64,000 nucleotides of DNA from Actinomycetota bacterium (lineage in GTDB: Bacteria; Actinomycetota; UBA4738; JBBDHU01): positions 2,353 through 66,352 of the forward strand of contig JBBDIK010000012.1 in NCBI GenBank assembly GCA_040880465.1, in the 5' to 3' direction. This document shows positions 42,123 through 52,425 of this stretch, in pieces. The notes under the pieces were generated by a model, which saw only the letters and a program-made list of their open reading frames with translations, did no database searches and was not told the origin of the DNA. The stretch's first letter is position 1. Each line of letters starts with the position of its first letter. The position numbers were made by a program, and so were the translations under genes.

Positions 42123-45100
42123 GCTGCCGTCCGCCGGCGATCTGCTTTGGCAGCGGCTTTCGCCGTTGCCTTTGCCGATGCCTTCTCGGCGTCCTCGGCT
42201 GCCTTCTTCTCGGCGTAGGCCTCGAACTTCTTGCCGCCCTCCAAGCTGAGTTGTGGCGTGATCTTGTCCAGCCACTTCGGATACCACCAGGCTTTGCGTC
42301 CCATGAGGGCCAGGATCGACGGGACGAGCAGCATCCGGATGATGGTCGCATCGACGGCGACGGCCACGGACAGCCCGACGCCGAACTGCTTGACCGTCGG
42401 GTCGCTCTCGAGGATGAAGCTCGCGAACACCGACACCATGATCATCGCGGCGGCCGTGATGACGCGTGCGCTGGTGGACAACCCCGCAACGATGGAATCG
42501 TGCGGGTTCATCCCATCCTGATAATGCTCGCCGATCGCGCTCATCAGGAAGACCTCGTAGTCCATGGACAAGCCGAACAGGACCGCGAACATCATGAGCG
42601 GCACGTAGCTCGCGATCGGCACGTGGTCGGCGCCATGGATGCCGAGGAACTCGAGACCCCAGCCCCACTGGAAGAGCGCGGTCAGCACGCCGAACGCCGC
42701 CAGTACGGATAACAGGTTCATCGCCGCGGCCTTGGCCGGGACCAGGATGGACCGGAAGGCCAGCATGAGCAGGACGAACGATAAGGCGATCACGACGCCG
42801 ATCACGAGGGGGAGTGCGGCCGAGATGTCGACGGCTAGATCGATGTAGGAGGCGGTCTGGCCGCCGACGTAGACCGTCAGCCCCGTCGCTTTCTCCTCCG
42901 GTGGGATCGTCGTGGCCCGGAGCGCGTTCACCAGATCGTTCGTGCGTTGGGAGGACGGAGCGGAGTCGGAGACGACGCTCAGGACGGAAGCGGTTCCCGA
43001 GTCGTTCACGTCGGGCGCCGAGACCTGGACGACACCGGTCGCAGCGGCCATGTCGGTCTTCAGGGCTTGCAGGCGGCTGTCGGTGGCGCGGCGCTTCCCA
43101 CCTGCGTCCCGCAGCATCTTGTGCAGTTCGGGCTTGAGAACCTTGCCTTCCTGGACGAGCCGGCGTTTCCGTTGTCGGAACAGCGGCGCGCGTCCCTTCG
43201 CACGATGGACCTGCTTCTTGAGCGTGTCGCCTTGTCTCGTCAGCCGCTTCTCCTTGCGCTCAAGAGGCCGGGACTCACGCTGGAGCTGGAGCCCCTCACG
43301 CTCGAGCCGTGTCTTCTCGCGCTCCAATGCCGCTGCCTCTCGCTCCAAGCGGAGCCCTTGCCGCTGGAGCTGCGTTCCCTGCCGCTCGAGGGCGAGGAGC
43401 TGGCTCTTGACGCGCTCTCCCTGCTCGATCGTTCGCTCCAGCTTCTTAGCGACCTTCTCGGCCCGCGCTTCGATCCGCTCGAGTTTCGCTACGAGCCGGG
43501 CCAGCTTGGCGGGATCGCTGGTGTGGGCGATCTTCCTGAGCACCTTCACCGCCGTCTTCGCCATCTGTTCGAGCTGAGCGACGTAATGCTCGGCCTTGGC
43601 TTCCAGGTGCTGGCCTTTGTTCAGGAGCGCGGCCCCCCGCGCCTCCAGGTGAGCCTTCCGAGCCTCCAGCGCTGCGGCCTGCCGGGTCAGCGCTTCGCCT
43701 TGCCGGACGAGCTGCTCGCCTTGGGCCTCCAGACGGGCCTCCTCGGCCTGCAGCGGAGCGGCCTCCGCCTCCAACTCGTCTCCTTGGGCGGTGAGCGTCG
43801 CCTCCCGGTCCTTGAAATGTTGCTCCTCGGCGCGTGTCTCCCGCTTGAGGCGGGCGCCGGTCTCGTGCAATCCGATCGCGCGCGAGCGCTTCGCCACGTA
43901 GTCCGAGCCGGCGTGAGCCGGCGTCGGCAGCTCGACGGCGATCAGGAGCGGGCCGTTGTAGCCAGGGCCGAATCCCTCCTCGATGAGGTCGTAGGCCTGC
44001 CGCTGTGACTGGGACGGCGGGTCGACCGCGACGTCCGGCTGGCCGTACTCCAGTGAGAAGAACGGGTAGATCATCGGCGCCAGAACGATCGTCGCCATCG
44101 TGATCCCGCGCCACGGATGTCCGGCGATGGCGTGCGCGGCCTTGGCCCAGAACGTGTCCTTCGGGTCCTTCTCTTTCGGGTGCAGCCACTTCGGGAGCTT
44201 CAGCGAGAACAGATGCTTGCCCAGGAGGGCGAAGATGGCCGGCACGAGCGTCACGGCAGCCAGGACCGCGATGACCACGGCGATGGCGGATACGTACCCC
44301 ATCGAGGTGACGATCGGGATCCCGGCGAGGCCGAGCGAGGCGATGGCGATAACCACGGTCGTACCCGCGAAGACGATAGCGCCCCCGGACGTCGCGGTCG
44401 TCCGCGCGATGGACTCGCGGATGTCCATGCCTTCACCGACCTGACGCTTGTGCCGTGTGACCATGAACAGCGCGTAGTCGATGCCGACGCCTAACCCGAG
44501 CATGGTCGCCAGCGTCGGCGCGACATCGGGGATCGTGAAGATGTGTTCGAGCAGCGTGATGATGCTGAGCGCGATCCCCAAGCCGAAGACGGCCGTCACG
44601 ACCGGCACGCCCATCGCCACCAACGATCCGAACGTGAACGTCAGGATGATGATCGCCGCCAGCAGTCCGATCTTGTCCGCGTTGTCCGTCGTCGTATTCG
44701 CGAGTTCGGAGCCGACCGGTCCGCCTACGGCGACGTGCATCCCGACGCGGTCGGCCGGCCCCTTGGCGGTCGCGAGGACCTTCTGCGCGATCGGCATCGT
44801 GAGTTGCGCGTTCTCGACCTTGAGCAGGACCGGGATGTAGGCGATCTGTTCGTTGTCGCTGCGGAGCGCTTTCGCGTAGTCCTCCATCGGATTGACGACG
44901 CTGTACACCTCCGGCAGGGTCTTGAGGCTCTTCGACGCCTCGTTGATGGCGCTCTTGTAGGGCTCGTCGGTGAGCTTGCCGGACTCGATGGAGAAGACCA
45001 CCGGGCTGCTTCCGTTCTGCTCCGGCGGGAACTCCTTGGTGAGCAGGTCCGTTGCGTCCTGGCTTCCGGTACCGGGCAGCGAGAGGTCGTTGTAGGTCTG

Positions 45101-45217
45101 GGGTCCGGCGGCCTGCCCAGCCGAGATGATGAGACCGGCGGCGACCAACCACAGGACGAGGACGCCCCACCGGAGCTTGACCATCAACCGGGCGAGCGCG
45201 TACAGGACCTTGCTCAA
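42119..45217 (-). CDS. MMPL family (RND superfamily) transporter with a long coiled-coil insertion
   Basis: Two 6-TM bundles with MMPL-type motifs (GVGIDYALF, GLSMDYEVFL). A ~270-aa Glu/Arg/Leu/Gln heptad-like insertion sits between them. Confidence 0.88.
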   Translation of the reverse strand: MSKVLYALARLMVKLRWGVLVLWLVAAGLIISAGQAAGPQTYNDLSLPGTGSQDATDLLTKEFPPEQNGSSPVVFSIESGKLTDEPYKSAINEASKSLKTLPEVYSVVNPMEDYAKALRSDNEQIAYIPVLLKVENAQLTMPIAQKVLATAKGPADRVGMHVAVGGPVGSELANTTTDNADKIGLLAAIIILTFTFGSLVAMGVPVVTAVFGLGIALSIITLLEHIFTIPDVAPTLATMLGLGVGIDYALFMVTRHKRQVGEGMDIRESIARTTATSGGAIVFAGTTVVIAIASLGLAGIPIVTSMGYVSAIAVVIAVLAAVTLVPAIFALLGKHLFSLKLPKWLHPKEKDPKDTFWAKAAHAIAGHPWRGITMATIVLAPMIYPFFSLEYGQPDVAVDPPSQSQRQAYDLIEEGFGPGYNGPLLIAVELPTPAHAGSDYVAKRSRAIGLHETGARLKRETRAEEQHFKDREATLTAQGDELEAEAAPLQAEEARLEAQGEQLVRQGEALTRQAAALEARKAHLEARGAALLNKGQHLEAKAEHYVAQLEQMAKTAVKVLRKIAHTSDPAKLARLVAKLERIEARAEKVAKKLERTIEQGERVKSQLLALERQGTQLQRQGLRLEREAAALEREKTRLEREGLQLQRESRPLERKEKRLTRQGDTLKKQVHRAKGRAPLFRQRKRRLVQEGKVLKPELHKMLRDAGGKRRATDSRLQALKTDMAAATGVVQVSAPDVNDSGTASVLSVVSDSAPSSQRTNDLVNALRATTIPPEEKATGLTVYVGGQTASYIDLAVDISAALPLVIGVVIALSFVLLMLAFRSILVPAKAAAMNLLSVLAAFGVLTALFQWGWGLEFLGIHGADHVPIASYVPLMMFAVLFGLSMDYEVFLMSAIGEHYQDGMNPHDSIVAGLSTSARVITAAAMIMVSVFASFILESDPTVKQFGVGLSVAVAVDATIIRMLLVPSILALMGRKAWWYPKWLDKITPQLSLEGGKKFEAYAEKKAAEDAEKASAKATAKAAAKADRRRTAA

Positions 45218-45272
45218 CGACGGAGCCCTCTCACGGGGTCGAGCATAGCCCGGGACCGGGGTTCAGGCGTGC

Positions 45273-45710
45273 CTACGGGCGGGTCATCGTGTCGGGTGCG
45301 TCGGAGCCGGGCTCCGCAAGCTCGAATCCCTCGAAGGTGAACGCCGGAGAGACGGTGCAGCCGACGAGCGACCAGACGCCGGTCGATCGCGCGCTTTGCC
45401 ATGCGTGCTCCGGGACGGTGAACTGCGGGCGCTGGCCGGCGCGCAGGTCGGTTCCGATGAGGTGCGTGGTCGCCTCGTTCATCTGCATGCCGGCCCGAAG
45501 CTCCACGGGGTCGCCGGCGTAGAAGTGCCATGTCTCGGCGGCATCGACCCGATGCCTGGCGGACTCAAGCCCGTCGCGGAGCAGGAAGTAGATGGCCGAG
45601 CCGTGTCCGCGGCCGCCCTCCTCGGGGGTGTGGCGCCAGGTCTCCACGTAATGGCCGCCCTCGGGGTGCGGTTGCATCTGCAGGAGCTCGACGATCTCGT
45701 CGGCGTTCAT
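45273..45710 (-). CDS. cupin domain protein (DUF985 family)
   Basis: L.PHPEGG.Y.ET...S.IY.LL and W.LVGCTV.P.F.F..FEL motifs. The start overlaps the ABC-F stop (ATGA). Confidence 0.8.
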   Translation of the reverse strand: MNADEIVELLQMQPHPEGGHYVETWRHTPEEGGRGHGSAIYFLLRDGLESARHRVDAAETWHFYAGDPVELRAGMQMNEATTHLIGTDLRAGQRPQFTVPEHAWQSARSTGVWSLVGCTVSPAFTFEGFELAEPGSDAPDTMTRP

Positions 45711-47326
45711 CCGGCGACGCGCGCTTCCTCGTACGGGGGTTCGAGCAGCTGGCGGATGGAGCCGTCCTCGTCGAAAGAGAGGAAGCGATCCATGCCCTGC
45801 ATGAACCAGCGGTCGTGCGTGACGGCGATCACCGTTCCCTCATAGCGGGACAGGGCGTCTTCGAGCGCCTCCGCCGAGTGCAGGTCGAGGTTGTCCGTCG
45901 GCTCGTCCAGGAGAAGCATCGTTGGGCTCTGCACCTCCATGAGCAGCAGTTGGAACCGCGCCTGCTGGCCACCCGACAGGAGTCCGAACGGGTTGCGGGC
46001 GGCGTTCTGGAGTTCGTACCGCTTCAGGGTCGACATCGCCTCACTCATCCCCATCCCGCTCGATCGAAGGATCTCCAGGATGGGGGAGTCCGACAGGTCG
46101 GGCCGGTGATGGAGCTGGGTGAACAGGCCGGGCTCGACGCGCGCGCCGAGGCGCCACTCGCCCTCGTGGGCGATGTCCTCGCCGGCGAGCAGCCGGAGGA
46201 AGTGCGTCTTGCCGGTCCCGTTCGGTCCGACGACCCCGACGCGCTCGCCGAACCAGATCTCGGCGTCGAAGGGGAGGATCAGTCCGGGCATGCCGAAGGA
46301 GGTGAGCCGCAGCGCCATCTTCCCCGTGCGGCCGCCCGCGATCGCCATCTGCACGTTCTGCTCGGCGGCCTTCTCCCGTGGGGCCTTCTGCACCTCGTAC
46401 CGCTCGATCCGCTTCTCCATCGACCGGGCCTTCGTGGCCCAGCCGTCGTTGTAGGCAGCCTTGCGTTTCATCTCTTTCATCGCGGCGACCAGGCGTTTGT
46501 GCTCCTCGTTGTAGCGCCGGTGTTCCTCGTCGATCCGTTCGAGTCGCGCCTCGCGTGCCTCGGCGAAGGTTGCGTAGTTGTCCGGATGCACCCACGCTCC
46601 GTGGCCCTCCAACGTGATGACGCGCGTCGTCGTCGCGGCGAGCAGCGTTCGGTCGTGGCTGACGAACAGGATGGTCTTGTCGCTCCCGCGGATCGTGCGC
46701 TCCAGCCAGCGCTTCCCGTCGATGTCCAAGAAGTTGTCCGGTTCGTCCAGCAGGAGGACTTCGAACGGTGACCGGAAGAGCAACTCAAGCGCGAGCCGCT
46801 TCTGTTCGCCGCCGGACAGCGTCGCGACCAGGCGCTCACCCACGTCGGCGAGTGTCTCGCCCATCGCGGCTACGCTGCAGACGTCCCACTGGACCTCGGC
46901 GTCGTAGCCGCCGGCCTCCTCCCAGGCCGCGAGCGCGTCGGCGTACGCGAGCTGTGCCGCATCCCCGACATCGCCCGACGCGAGTCGCAGCTCCGCCTCC
47001 CGGACCGCGTCGGCGGCTTCGATGAGGCGCGGTTCGGCGAACGAGAGCAGGAATCCGCGGATCGTCGGTGACCCCGCCGGTTCGGCGATGAACTGCCGCA
47101 TGTATCCGAGGCGGCCGTCGACGTTGATCGTTCCCTGCGTCTCACCGGTTCCGGCGACCCCGCCGGCCGTCGCCGCGATCGTCCTGAGTAGCGTCGTCTT
47201 GCCGACCCCGTTCGCGCCGACCAGGGCCGCGTGATGCCCGTCGGGCACGCGGAACGTGACCCCGTCGAACAGGGTCCAGCCGCCGGGCAGGGCGACCCGC
47301 ACGTCGGAACAATCGATGAGCGCCAT
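45707..47326 (-). CDS. ABC-F family ATPase (two ABC domains, no TM domain)
   Basis: Two Walker A sites (GANGVGKT, GPNGTGKT), two LSGG(E/Q)Q signatures, and Walker B LLLDEP twice. Confidence 0.9.
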   Translation of the reverse strand: MALIDCSDVRVALPGGWTLFDGVTFRVPDGHHAALVGANGVGKTTLLRTIAATAGGVAGTGETQGTINVDGRLGYMRQFIAEPAGSPTIRGFLLSFAEPRLIEAADAVREAELRLASGDVGDAAQLAYADALAAWEEAGGYDAEVQWDVCSVAAMGETLADVGERLVATLSGGEQKRLALELLFRSPFEVLLLDEPDNFLDIDGKRWLERTIRGSDKTILFVSHDRTLLAATTTRVITLEGHGAWVHPDNYATFAEAREARLERIDEEHRRYNEEHKRLVAAMKEMKRKAAYNDGWATKARSMEKRIERYEVQKAPREKAAEQNVQMAIAGGRTGKMALRLTSFGMPGLILPFDAEIWFGERVGVVGPNGTGKTHFLRLLAGEDIAHEGEWRLGARVEPGLFTQLHHRPDLSDSPILEILRSSGMGMSEAMSTLKRYELQNAARNPFGLLSGGQQARFQLLLMEVQSPTMLLLDEPTDNLDLHSAEALEDALSRYEGTVIAVTHDRWFMQGMDRFLSFDEDGSIRQLLEPPYEEARVAG

Positions 47327-47338
47327 GACCCATCCAGA

Positions 47339-48130
47339 CTACGCGTCGGGGCGGCGTTCCCTGAACTCCTTGCGGATGAGGACGAGCCAGCCTCCGACCG
47401 CGATGAGCGCGAACACGAACCACTGGATGGCGTAGGACAGGTGGGGCCCGTCGGTGAGTTCAGGGAGCGGGACGGGCCTAGGCAGTCCGCTCGCCTGCTG
47501 AGGCGACTGCGTCCGGAGCCACAGGTAGCCGGGGCACATCTCCGCGCCGTTCAGCTGGCCGGCGATCTCGTCCACGTCGACGGAGGAGAGGGTCGTGATG
47601 CGGCCGTCGGCGCTCCGGATGACGTTATCGGCGGGAGCGGACGGGAACAGGACGCCTGTGACGTCCACCTCACCGGCGACCCCGGCCTCCTCCACCGGCG
47701 GCGTATCCATCTCGTATGGAACCCAGCCGCGATCCACGATCAGGATGCAGCCCGCTTGCCCGACGGACCTCGCTGGGGCCAGCGGGTTCAGGACGTGGTT
47801 ACCGGGCTGCTCGTCGAGCGAACGACCGTAGAGGATCACCTCGTCGGGGATGTCGAACGTGCCCTGGGCCTGGACTCGCCGGTACAGGAGTTCGCCCGGC
47901 GGGCCTTCGTGTTCGGCCAGGTCGACCAGTGACAACGGGGGCTCGGCCCTCCTGGCGGTGAGCGTCTCGTTGTACGTGCGCTTCTCGTCGAGCCGGTCGA
48001 GTTGCCAGAACCCGAGCCGGACGCAGACGACCGCGACCACGATCGCGAGCAGCGTGCCGATGAGCCACTTGGGTGTCAGCAGGAACCGGAGCACGCCCCG
48101 AGGATAGTCGCGGGCGCCGGGTAGGCTCAT
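47339..48130 (-). CDS. SURF1 family cytochrome oxidase assembly protein
   Basis: N-terminal TM segment plus GFWQLDR. C-terminal HLSYAIQWF followed by a TM segment. The start is uncertain: ATG 48130 or GTG ~48094. Confidence 0.8.
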   Translation of the reverse strand: MSLPGARDYPRGVLRFLLTPKWLIGTLLAIVVAVVCVRLGFWQLDRLDEKRTYNETLTARRAEPPLSLVDLAEHEGPPGELLYRRVQAQGTFDIPDEVILYGRSLDEQPGNHVLNPLAPARSVGQAGCILIVDRGWVPYEMDTPPVEEAGVAGEVDVTGVLFPSAPADNVIRSADGRITTLSSVDVDEIAGQLNGAEMCPGYLWLRTQSPQQASGLPRPVPLPELTDGPHLSYAIQWFVFALIAVGGWLVLIRKEFRERRPDA

Positions 48131-49499
48131 GGCCGTGACCAAGCCTCCCGAGCCGGCCGCGCACGTCCGCGACCTCATGCCGCAGGCGCTGGACGAACTC
48201 GAGCGCCTGGTCCGCATCCCGTCGGTCGCGTTCGACGGGTTCCCATGGGAGCCCGTGACGGAAGCGGCCGAGCTCACCGCCGAACTCTTCTCGCACGCCG
48301 GCGTCGAAACGCGGTTGATCCAGATGCCCGTCGGTGCACCGTTTGTCTACGGAGAGCTTGCAGGGGCCACCGGAGCGCCGACCGTTCTGCTGTACGCGCA
48401 TTACGACGTGCAACCGGCGGGCGAACTGGCGGACTGGGATACGCCGCCGTTCGAACCGGTCCGTGCCGACGGACGTCTGTTCGGGCGTGGATCCTCGGAC
48501 GACAAGTCCGGGATCGTTGGGCATCTGGCCGCGATCCGCGCGTTCGATGGATCTCCGCCCGTGACGATCAAGGTCGTCATCGAGGGGGAGGAGGAGACGG
48601 GCGCGAGCAACCTCGAGACCTACGTTCCCGAGCATCAAGATCTCTTCGACGCCGATGTCATGGTCGTGGCCGACATGGGGAACCGGACGTTGGGGGTCCC
48701 CGCGCTCGTGACGTCACTGCGGGGCATGGCGGTCATGACCATCGAGGTGCAGACGCTGGAGAAGGAGGTGCACAGCGGGTACTTCGGCGGCCCCGCGCCG
48801 GACGCATTCGTGGCGCTCACCAAGATACTGGCCACCCTTCACGACGATCAGGGGAACGTGACGGTCGACGGGCTGGAGCCCGGGCGGTGGGATGGCGCCG
48901 AGGTCGACGAGGCGGCGTTCCGCGAGAACGCCGGGGTGCTGGACGGCGTCGGACTCATCGCTTCGGGTGGGGTCGGCGAGCGCCTGTGGTCGGGGCCGTC
49001 CATCAACGTCATCGGGATCGACGCACCGCCGGTGGAGGGCGCGCGCAACGTCCTCCTGCATCGAGTTCGTGCCCGCCTGGCGATCAGGGTTCCGCCGGGC
49101 GAGGATCCCGTCCGCGCCGAGCACCTGATCGTCGAGCACCTGCGTGGCGTCACCCCGTGGAACGCCACGGTTGGGATCGACTCGGGCAACGTCGGTGCGG
49201 GGTTCACCGCGCCGACCGGCGGCCGCGGGTTCGCCGCGGCGAGGGCCGCGATGCGCGAGGCGTACGGAGGGGTGGAGCCCGAGTTGATCGGCAGCGGCGC
49301 GTCGATCCCGTTGCTCGAAGTCCTGCACAGGGCGGTGCCGGCGGCCGAGTTCGTCCTTTGGGGAACCGAGGAGCCGAAGGCGAACGTCCATGCGCCCAAC
49401 GAGAGCGTCGATCTGCGGGAGCTGGAGCGGATCACGCTGGCAGAGGTGCTCTTGATCGGCGGGCTGGGTTCGGCGACGCCGTCGGCGGCGGGTAGTTAA
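48129..49499 (+). CDS. M20 family dipeptidase
   Basis: YAHYDVQP, GRGSSDDKSG and IEGEEE(T)G motifs. Confidence 0.88.
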   Translation: MAVTKPPEPAAHVRDLMPQALDELERLVRIPSVAFDGFPWEPVTEAAELTAELFSHAGVETRLIQMPVGAPFVYGELAGATGAPTVLLYAHYDVQPAGELADWDTPPFEPVRADGRLFGRGSSDDKSGIVGHLAAIRAFDGSPPVTIKVVIEGEEETGASNLETYVPEHQDLFDADVMVVADMGNRTLGVPALVTSLRGMAVMTIEVQTLEKEVHSGYFGGPAPDAFVALTKILATLHDDQGNVTVDGLEPGRWDGAEVDEAAFRENAGVLDGVGLIASGGVGERLWSGPSINVIGIDAPPVEGARNVLLHRVRARLAIRVPPGEDPVRAEHLIVEHLRGVTPWNATVGIDSGNVGAGFTAPTGGRGFAAARAAMREAYGGVEPELIGSGASIPLLEVLHRAVPAAEFVLWGTEEPKANVHAPNESVDLRELERITLAEVLLIGGLGSATPSAAGS

Positions 49500-50230
49500 G
49501 GTCCGAGCGAGATCCCGAGGACTCCGGCGGCCACCCGACCGCCCAGGTAGGCCGACACGTTCAGCGCGGTGTGGGCGATGACGGGAGCAGCGACGCTTTC
49601 GCTCTTGTCTCGCAGCAGGGCGAACCCGTACCCGGCCGCCGCCGTGAGCAGCACGATACCGCCGACGACGCCAGTCTTGGCCAGCGTGCTGCTGCCTACC
49701 ACGTTTCCCGCGGGGTTGGTATCGAGCTGGTTGATCGTCGGCAGCACGTGCCAGAGGCCGTACATCAGGCCGGACAGAGCATCGGCCACCCGCCGCGACC
49801 GTCGGCGTTCGAAGATACCAAGGAGAGCGCCACGGAAGAGGATCTCCTCGGCGAGGGCCGTGCCGATCGGGATCTTGAAGAGGACCTCGAAGAGAACGTC
49901 ACCCGTGGATGCGCCGACGATCTGCTCGTCGGCGAAGAACTGGCGGGTCGCCGGGATGGCCACGCCGACCGCTACGACCGCGACGATGGGGACGGACGCC
50001 TTCAGCCCCCACTTGATGCCGCTGGGGAGCTTCGACGGCTCCATGCCCATGTCGGACCACGTCGCGCCTTCCCGGCGCGCGAACCAGGTGAGCAGTCCCG
50101 CCGCTCCGAGGTTGGCGGGGATCGCGGCGCCCGGCGGCAGCAGGCGGTTGGCGGCGATGTTCGCAGCGGCCGTCAAGGCGATGGCGGCGACCGAGACCTT
50201 GGCCGGCAGCCGTTTCGGGCGCTTGCTCAT
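49496..50230 (-). CDS. CPBP family intramembrane glutamic endopeptidase (CAAX protease-like)
   Basis: EEILFRG motif and downstream His motifs in TM helices. The ATG at 50230 overlaps the upstream stop (ATGA). Confidence 0.8.
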   Translation of the reverse strand: MSKRPKRLPAKVSVAAIALTAAANIAANRLLPPGAAIPANLGAAGLLTWFARREGATWSDMGMEPSKLPSGIKWGLKASVPIVAVVAVGVAIPATRQFFADEQIVGASTGDVLFEVLFKIPIGTALAEEILFRGALLGIFERRRSRRVADALSGLMYGLWHVLPTINQLDTNPAGNVVGSSTLAKTGVVGGIVLLTAAAGYGFALLRDKSESVAAPVIAHTALNVSAYLGGRVAAGVLGISLGP

Positions 50231-52425
50231 CCCTCGGCGGATCCCTCGTCGGCCTGGGAGTCCGGGGACTTCGGCGCCCGCTTCGTGCGCGTCGTCCGTC
50301 GCGGTTTGGCGGCACGCTTGGTCGCGCTCTTCGTCGCGGAGCCGACCGAACGCTTCGCAGTCGTTCTCTTCGCCTTCGTCTCGCTCGCTCGCTTCGCAAC
50401 TGGCCTCTTCTCGACCGGCTTCTGCGCCGCCCGCTTCGCCGACGACGTCGACTTGAGCGGCGACGGTGGTGTCGTCTGGCCGGATCCCTCGGTCGGCTCG
50501 GGGCCGTCGCTCACGCTCTGCTTGTCCGGCCTCTTGTCCATCTCCTTGATCCAGTCGGCCCGTTCCAGTTCGTACCGGCGCATGGCCTCGACGATCCGCT
50601 TGAGCTGCGCTCCGGTTGCCGTGAGGCCGTAGGCCCATCGCACGAAGGGGGCGAGGTCGGCGCGGTAGTCGTGGCCCTTGGCCTCGAAGACGCCCGGGAC
50701 AACGTTCGCGGCGTTCTTCATGTCGACGAGCGTCTGCACGAACGTGATGGGCGACCACCAGCGTTCGCTCTTGGGGACCGACGCCGGACGCCACGCGGGA
50801 TCCTGGAGCCAGTACGGCGCCTGCACGGCCAGGTCCGGACTGAAGTGCACGACCGCGTCATTGTCGTGCGAGATCATCACGTAGCGGATCGCGTCGCGCA
50901 CGGATGGCGTGAGAGCCTCGACGTCTTCGAAGCTGTTGAACTCGCCGATCAGCGCCGGGTCGATGTCGGGAGACGCCGGTCCGTGGATCTGCTTGTGCCA
51001 CTTCCCGGCGAACGGCGATCCGATCCACAGGGCCCGGTCGAGCCCGTGGGCCTGGAGCCCGACGGTTCCGGTTCCCTCGAACGCGTCCTGACTGGTCCAC
51101 GCCCCGAGGCTCTCCCCGAACGCGACCACCTTCGGACGCTTGTTCTTCGGCCGGTCGCGCAGCCGCTGGTCGATCGCCTCGATCAGCATGCGGTACTGCT
51201 CCTCGCCTTCGCCCGCGCGATCCAGCGACAGGAAGGACGGCCGCTTCGAGTACTGGAGCGTGACCGCCGCCGAGTTCCCGAGTGTCATGTACTCGGTCGA
51301 CTCGACGGCCACGTAGTTGACGTAGCCGGTGCCGGTGGGGGAGATGACCATCAGGATCTCGCGGTCGAACGCGTTCGTCCGTTCGATCTCGTCCATCGCC
51401 AGCTGGACGCGTTCGGTTTCGGTGGCCGCACTGTCGATGCCGACGAAGATCCGGATCGGCTCCGTCTTCGCCTTCTTGCCCATGACCTTCTTGATCCAGT
51501 CGGGATGCAGCGCGGTGCTCACGTGACGCCTTCCCTGTTTGGAGAGCGTGTCCCACTTCACGTGACTCGCCGGACTGCCCGACATGAGCGGCGAGGTCGG
51601 TGGTTCCGCGAACGCCGGCTCGATCTTCTCGGCCTTGTCCTCGATGCCCTTGTACGCCTGCTCGACGGCCTTCTTGATGGTGAACCCGGCGATCCCCAAC
51701 GCCGCGACGTGGCCGGCGGGACGCCAGAAGCGTGGCGAGCCGGGCAGGAACTTCGACAGGCCGCTCGCGATGGTGTGAGCGAACATGCGCTCGCTCTTGG
51801 TCAGGCCGAACAATCCGACGGTAACTCCCGCGCCCGTCGCGAGCGACTTCAGGGCCGTGATGGGCGTGTCCTCGTCCCCGTCGGTCCCCGCGGCCTTCTC
51901 CTCCATCCGCCGGCGGAGGTCGATCCCGGCGGCGAGCAAGCCGGCGGCGGGCAAGGCGAGCGAGAGCGGGCCGAACTCGCGGTCGGGCCTGCGCGATCGG
52001 AGGATCTCCTGGGTGAGGCCCACGGCGAACCCGGCACCGGCGGCGCTGGAGAGCCACCAACCCGCCGTGCGAGCGGTCGCCTGCGCGATGGTCTCGTCGG
52101 GCTGCTGCCGGTACCGCGACTGCAACGCGAACCCGGCCGCGATCGCCCCGAGGTCCATCGCCATGGCGACCCGGCGCCACCGCAGGTCGACGGTCTCGTC
52201 CTCGGCCTGCGCGTTCGCCAGCCGGAACGCGATGGACTCGATGCCGTCCTGGATCAGGGTCGCCAGCGCGTAGTCCAGCGCCATCGTGGTTCCCGTGATC
52301 AGGCCTTGGTCCATCGTGCTTCGGGGCATCAGGGTCTTCTGGAAGGTCCCCGGGACCGCCGCGGCCGCGACGAACATCCCCGCTGCCTCTGCGCGGGACC
52401 GCATGCGCTTGTGGTGGTGACTCAC
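50227..52425 (-). CDS. membrane-bound alpha/beta-hydrolase family protein (Abhydrolase_9-like) with a Lys/Arg-rich C-terminal tail
   Basis: GTG start 4 nt after GGAGG. N-terminal multi-TM region, then a hydrolase-like domain (FGESLGAW nucleophile elbow), then a basic tail KRAAQKPVEKRPVAKR... Confidence 0.75.
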   Translation of the reverse strand: MSHHHKRMRSRAEAAGMFVAAAAVPGTFQKTLMPRSTMDQGLITGTTMALDYALATLIQDGIESIAFRLANAQAEDETVDLRWRRVAMAMDLGAIAAGFALQSRYRQQPDETIAQATARTAGWWLSSAAGAGFAVGLTQEILRSRRPDREFGPLSLALPAAGLLAAGIDLRRRMEEKAAGTDGDEDTPITALKSLATGAGVTVGLFGLTKSERMFAHTIASGLSKFLPGSPRFWRPAGHVAALGIAGFTIKKAVEQAYKGIEDKAEKIEPAFAEPPTSPLMSGSPASHVKWDTLSKQGRRHVSTALHPDWIKKVMGKKAKTEPIRIFVGIDSAATETERVQLAMDEIERTNAFDREILMVISPTGTGYVNYVAVESTEYMTLGNSAAVTLQYSKRPSFLSLDRAGEGEEQYRMLIEAIDQRLRDRPKNKRPKVVAFGESLGAWTSQDAFEGTGTVGLQAHGLDRALWIGSPFAGKWHKQIHGPASPDIDPALIGEFNSFEDVEALTPSVRDAIRYVMISHDNDAVVHFSPDLAVQAPYWLQDPAWRPASVPKSERWWSPITFVQTLVDMKNAANVVPGVFEAKGHDYRADLAPFVRWAYGLTATGAQLKRIVEAMRRYELERADWIKEMDKRPDKQSVSDGPEPTEGSGQTTPPSPLKSTSSAKRAAQKPVEKRPVAKRASETKAKRTTAKRSVGSATKSATKRAAKPRRTTRTKRAPKSPDSQADEGSAEG

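Noticed and set aside
43200-43900. DNA-level tandem repeat or mobile insertion inside the MMPL gene.
   Set aside because: The region is in frame and the periodicity is at the amino-acid (heptad) level rather than an exact nucleotide repeat. It is treated as a coiled-coil insertion in the protein.
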